In this document: positions 61,509 through 64,000 of the stretch, in pieces
How positions within the stretch are numbered: position 1 is the first letter of the stretch
Layout of the letters: each line of letters starts with the position of its first letter
Origin: Macrostomum lignano
Lineage: Eukaryota
Direction of reading: 5' to 3'
NCBI GenBank assembly: GCA_002269645.1
Contig: NIVC01000041.1
Coordinates: forward strand, 186,001 to 250,000
Length of the DNA stretch: 64,000 nt
The notes under the pieces: model-generated
Told to the model about the DNA's origin: nothing
The model's database searches: none
What the model saw: only the letters and a program-made list of their open reading frames with translations
Translations under genes and position numbers: made by a program

Positions 61509-61849
61509 AAATGCAACTGAAATTGCGGTGAGTTTTTATTGATGATTTAAACTGTGAAGTGTAACATTGTGGGGTTTGGAGGATGTGGGCAGGCTGCACT
61601 TTTTCTAAGCAATTTCTGCACTTTCTACTAGTCCTAATATAGTTTCCAACTAACCAACGTACAAGCGTACCGACTCGGAGATGCGTCGGCTTGAAATAAG
61701 AGAGTGCGGTAATAACATGAAAATTTCTGATAGAGGGGCCTAGAAAGCTCGGCTCAAGGGTCCTATTCAGGACTCTTGGCTGCAGTTGCTGTCTCTTCTA
61801 TCGCATTTTTGCTATCCTCCCTTCTCCCCGGGATGCTGCAGCTCTGCTC

Positions 61850-63520
61850 TTCTTCCAAGCGCAATTTTCGATAATTGCTTCGATCGTGTTTCCCTGCCAG
61901 TCAGAGATGGCCTGGGATTTTATCAATTTTTAGTGCAAATATCCTCAAGGCCGGCTTTGAGATAGCTGAGGGAAAGCTACGAATAATGACTCTCGTCTGT
62001 TGCTACTAAGCACTTCCGGATTTCGCCTATCTGCTCGAATATCCGCTCCTCTGGCGAGCAATTGTAAAAGACAATATTTTCGATGGTGGGACAGACAACT
62101 TGGCTGATCGAAATGGCGCAATGTAAAAATTCTGAGGGACGTCTCCCGGAAGGGATTTTGTGCAAAGGAGACGAGAATAAAGAGGATTTGATACTTTAAA
62201 AAGTGCATCGGTACTTCCTGAGTTCTATACGTACTGGAAGACAGAGTGGCCTTGCAGACAGACTTGGTGAAAGAGAAAAACAATTCTAGGTGAAAAGCAC
62301 TAAGGAGACAACGTCAGGTACGAAAAGGATTTAAGGAAAGCTCTGCGACCAAGGATGTCCAAAAACAAGACAAACACTAAGGAAGACACAAAGTGTCGGG
62401 CTCCAAGACAAAAACTAAGAAAGACACAGTGTCTTCCAAGACAAACACCAAGACAAACACCAAGAAAGACAAAGTGTCTTCCAAGACAAACCAAGACAAA
62501 CACCAAGAAAGACAAAGTGTCCGAAACCAAGACAAACACTAAGAGACACAGAGGGCTGACACAAAGAATCCAAGAGTTTCAGACTGACGTGACACGGTCA
62601 TCAGATTCTGTAAGACTGTAGCAGTGTAGCATTCCATAACTATCGGCCGTAAAGACGGTCTGCTTGAGATCGTGGCTGCACTAATTGTCTTGAAGGAGCA
62701 TGGAGACCGTGAAGAAGATGACCGCTCCTATATCTGAACCTATATCTGAGCAGGGAACAGGTAAATGGACCACCCGGAAGGCCTCGTACCAAGAAGCTGG
62801 ATTCCACGAAGGGCGACGTACCTGGAAGACATGAGCCCTAGAAGTTGATACCCTGTTAGTGCGACCCACCAGGAATTGAGGATTCTATATTGCATAGGAA
62901 CGCATTCAGCGCCAGGTGACTGGCGCTCTCAACAGAACTCTGAGACCGCAGGACCACAGGCGGTTTGGTGGAGTCAAGCCATGATAATGGTTGAGATCTT
63001 TGAAGTAAAGACACCCAGCTACAAGAGGGCCCTTCCAAACCCTTAGTGGGAATTTTCCAACCTACTCTTGTGGCCCGAGACTTATTTATCTCCTGGTGGA
63101 CCCACCGAATTCTCAGCGCGCAGAGCAGTTGACAACCCCGCTAAACAATCGCTATCGCCCGAAGACAAAAACTGGAAACTATAGGAGGAAAGCAAGCCTT
63201 CCAATTAGACAGAATTTGTACAGGGAGTGACGCTCGCATTAACGGTTCAGCTGCTGCTTACAAATACGAAGACAGCGCTGCAGGTTATTAGTCGGGGCTA
63301 TAGAAAAGCCGGATCATTATGTACAGAGGTAGAACTGATTGCTATAGCTGTATGGCTAGGCCTCTGGCCAGAAATTTGAGGAATCGCATAATTACGTATC
63401 CCCAAATTGGCAGGTTGCTATAGAAGGGGAGGAACACAATCCAACGGGGGATGCTGGGTAGGGGGATCGCTCCTGCTAGAGCCGACGAACTCGCCTTTGA
63501 TCTGCCTATTTTCTCCTCTC
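61850..63520 (+). mobile_element. Possible highly decayed non-LTR retrotransposon (RT and RNase H remnants)
   Basis: Broken fragments: SAIFDNCFDRVSL (RT-like ..AFD.V), ICTGSDARINGSAAAY, TEVELIAIAVWL and GIAPARADELA (RNase H-like YTDGS / AEL.AI / GN..AD.LA order). Many stops and frameshifts, so the match is weak. Confidence 0.3.
62360..62550. repeat. Degenerate purine-rich tandem repeat (AGACAAACACCAAGAAAGACAAAGTGTC-like)
   Basis: Several imperfect copies visible. Confidence 0.7.
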
Positions 63521-63612
63521 CAAACGGCAGCGTCAAAGCAACATTATTAACGCGTTTTCTGTCTTACTCTGCGGTCATCCTCCGATTGCAAAAACATTCC
63601 CCGGTTTTTCCT

Positions 63613-63614
<2 letters not shown>

Positions 63615-63660
<46 letters not shown>
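63615..63660. repeat. (CT)n microsatellite
   Basis: Directly visible. Confidence 0.95.
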
Positions 63661-63663
<3 letters not shown>

Positions 63664-64000
63664 CTTAGTCAGTAGCCTTGATGCCACCTTCCCCCCTCGT
63701 CATCTTTCTCCTTTTCCTCTTTATAGCGTCCCTTTTTAGAGAGCCACAGAAATAGTTGTTGTTGGGGAAATTCGCAAATTACAGTGCTTAAAGAGCTTGG
63801 AGCGGCTAGCAATGTCGCTGTCTTGCGTTATGCAGACACAGATCGGTACAAATCAGATAGACCGATATGAGGGATAACTTGACAGTTACGTCTTGATCGT
63901 AGCTACTCTTAAGTATTTTAAGTCAGGGGCGCAGCCAGGTCGGAAGGGACACCATCGTGGAAGCGCCGGCAGCTTAAAGGGAGAGAGATGAGAGGGGAGA

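Overview
Eukaryotic (animal) genomic DNA with GT-AG introns, GC3-rich exons, AT-rich intergenic islands and very dense mini/microsatellites. The overall style suggests a free-living flatworm such as Macrostomum lignano (inference, not provable here). By manual splicing I reconstruct five protein-coding genes and one fragment. These are the 3' end of a polyQ/polyH protein (to 485, +); a KIAA0513/SBF2-domain gene with a huge Gln/Gly-repeat and prion-like N-terminus (11019-18578, -); an intron-poor DNAH7-type axonemal dynein heavy chain (21751-38415, +; about 16 single-base deletions that look like long-read errors); SIRT1 (45596-51488, -) head-to-head with DNAJC12 (53062-53981, +); and a CCR4/CNOT6-type deadenylase with no LRR visible (56353-61508, -). 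Non-coding content includes more than a dozen distinct tandem arrays (many filling individual introns), a hAT element with TIRs and 8-bp TSD inside a minisatellite, a tRNA-derived SINE with TSD plus a truncated copy, a CORE-type SINE, a duplicated exon+intron+array block behind CCR4, and a probable decayed LINE. The best leads are the SIRT1-DNAJC12 divergent pair (same arrangement as in human), the low-complexity KIAA0513 protein, and the intron-filling minisatellites. I found no clearly novel multi-gene system. Most ORF-track entries are artefacts of repeats.
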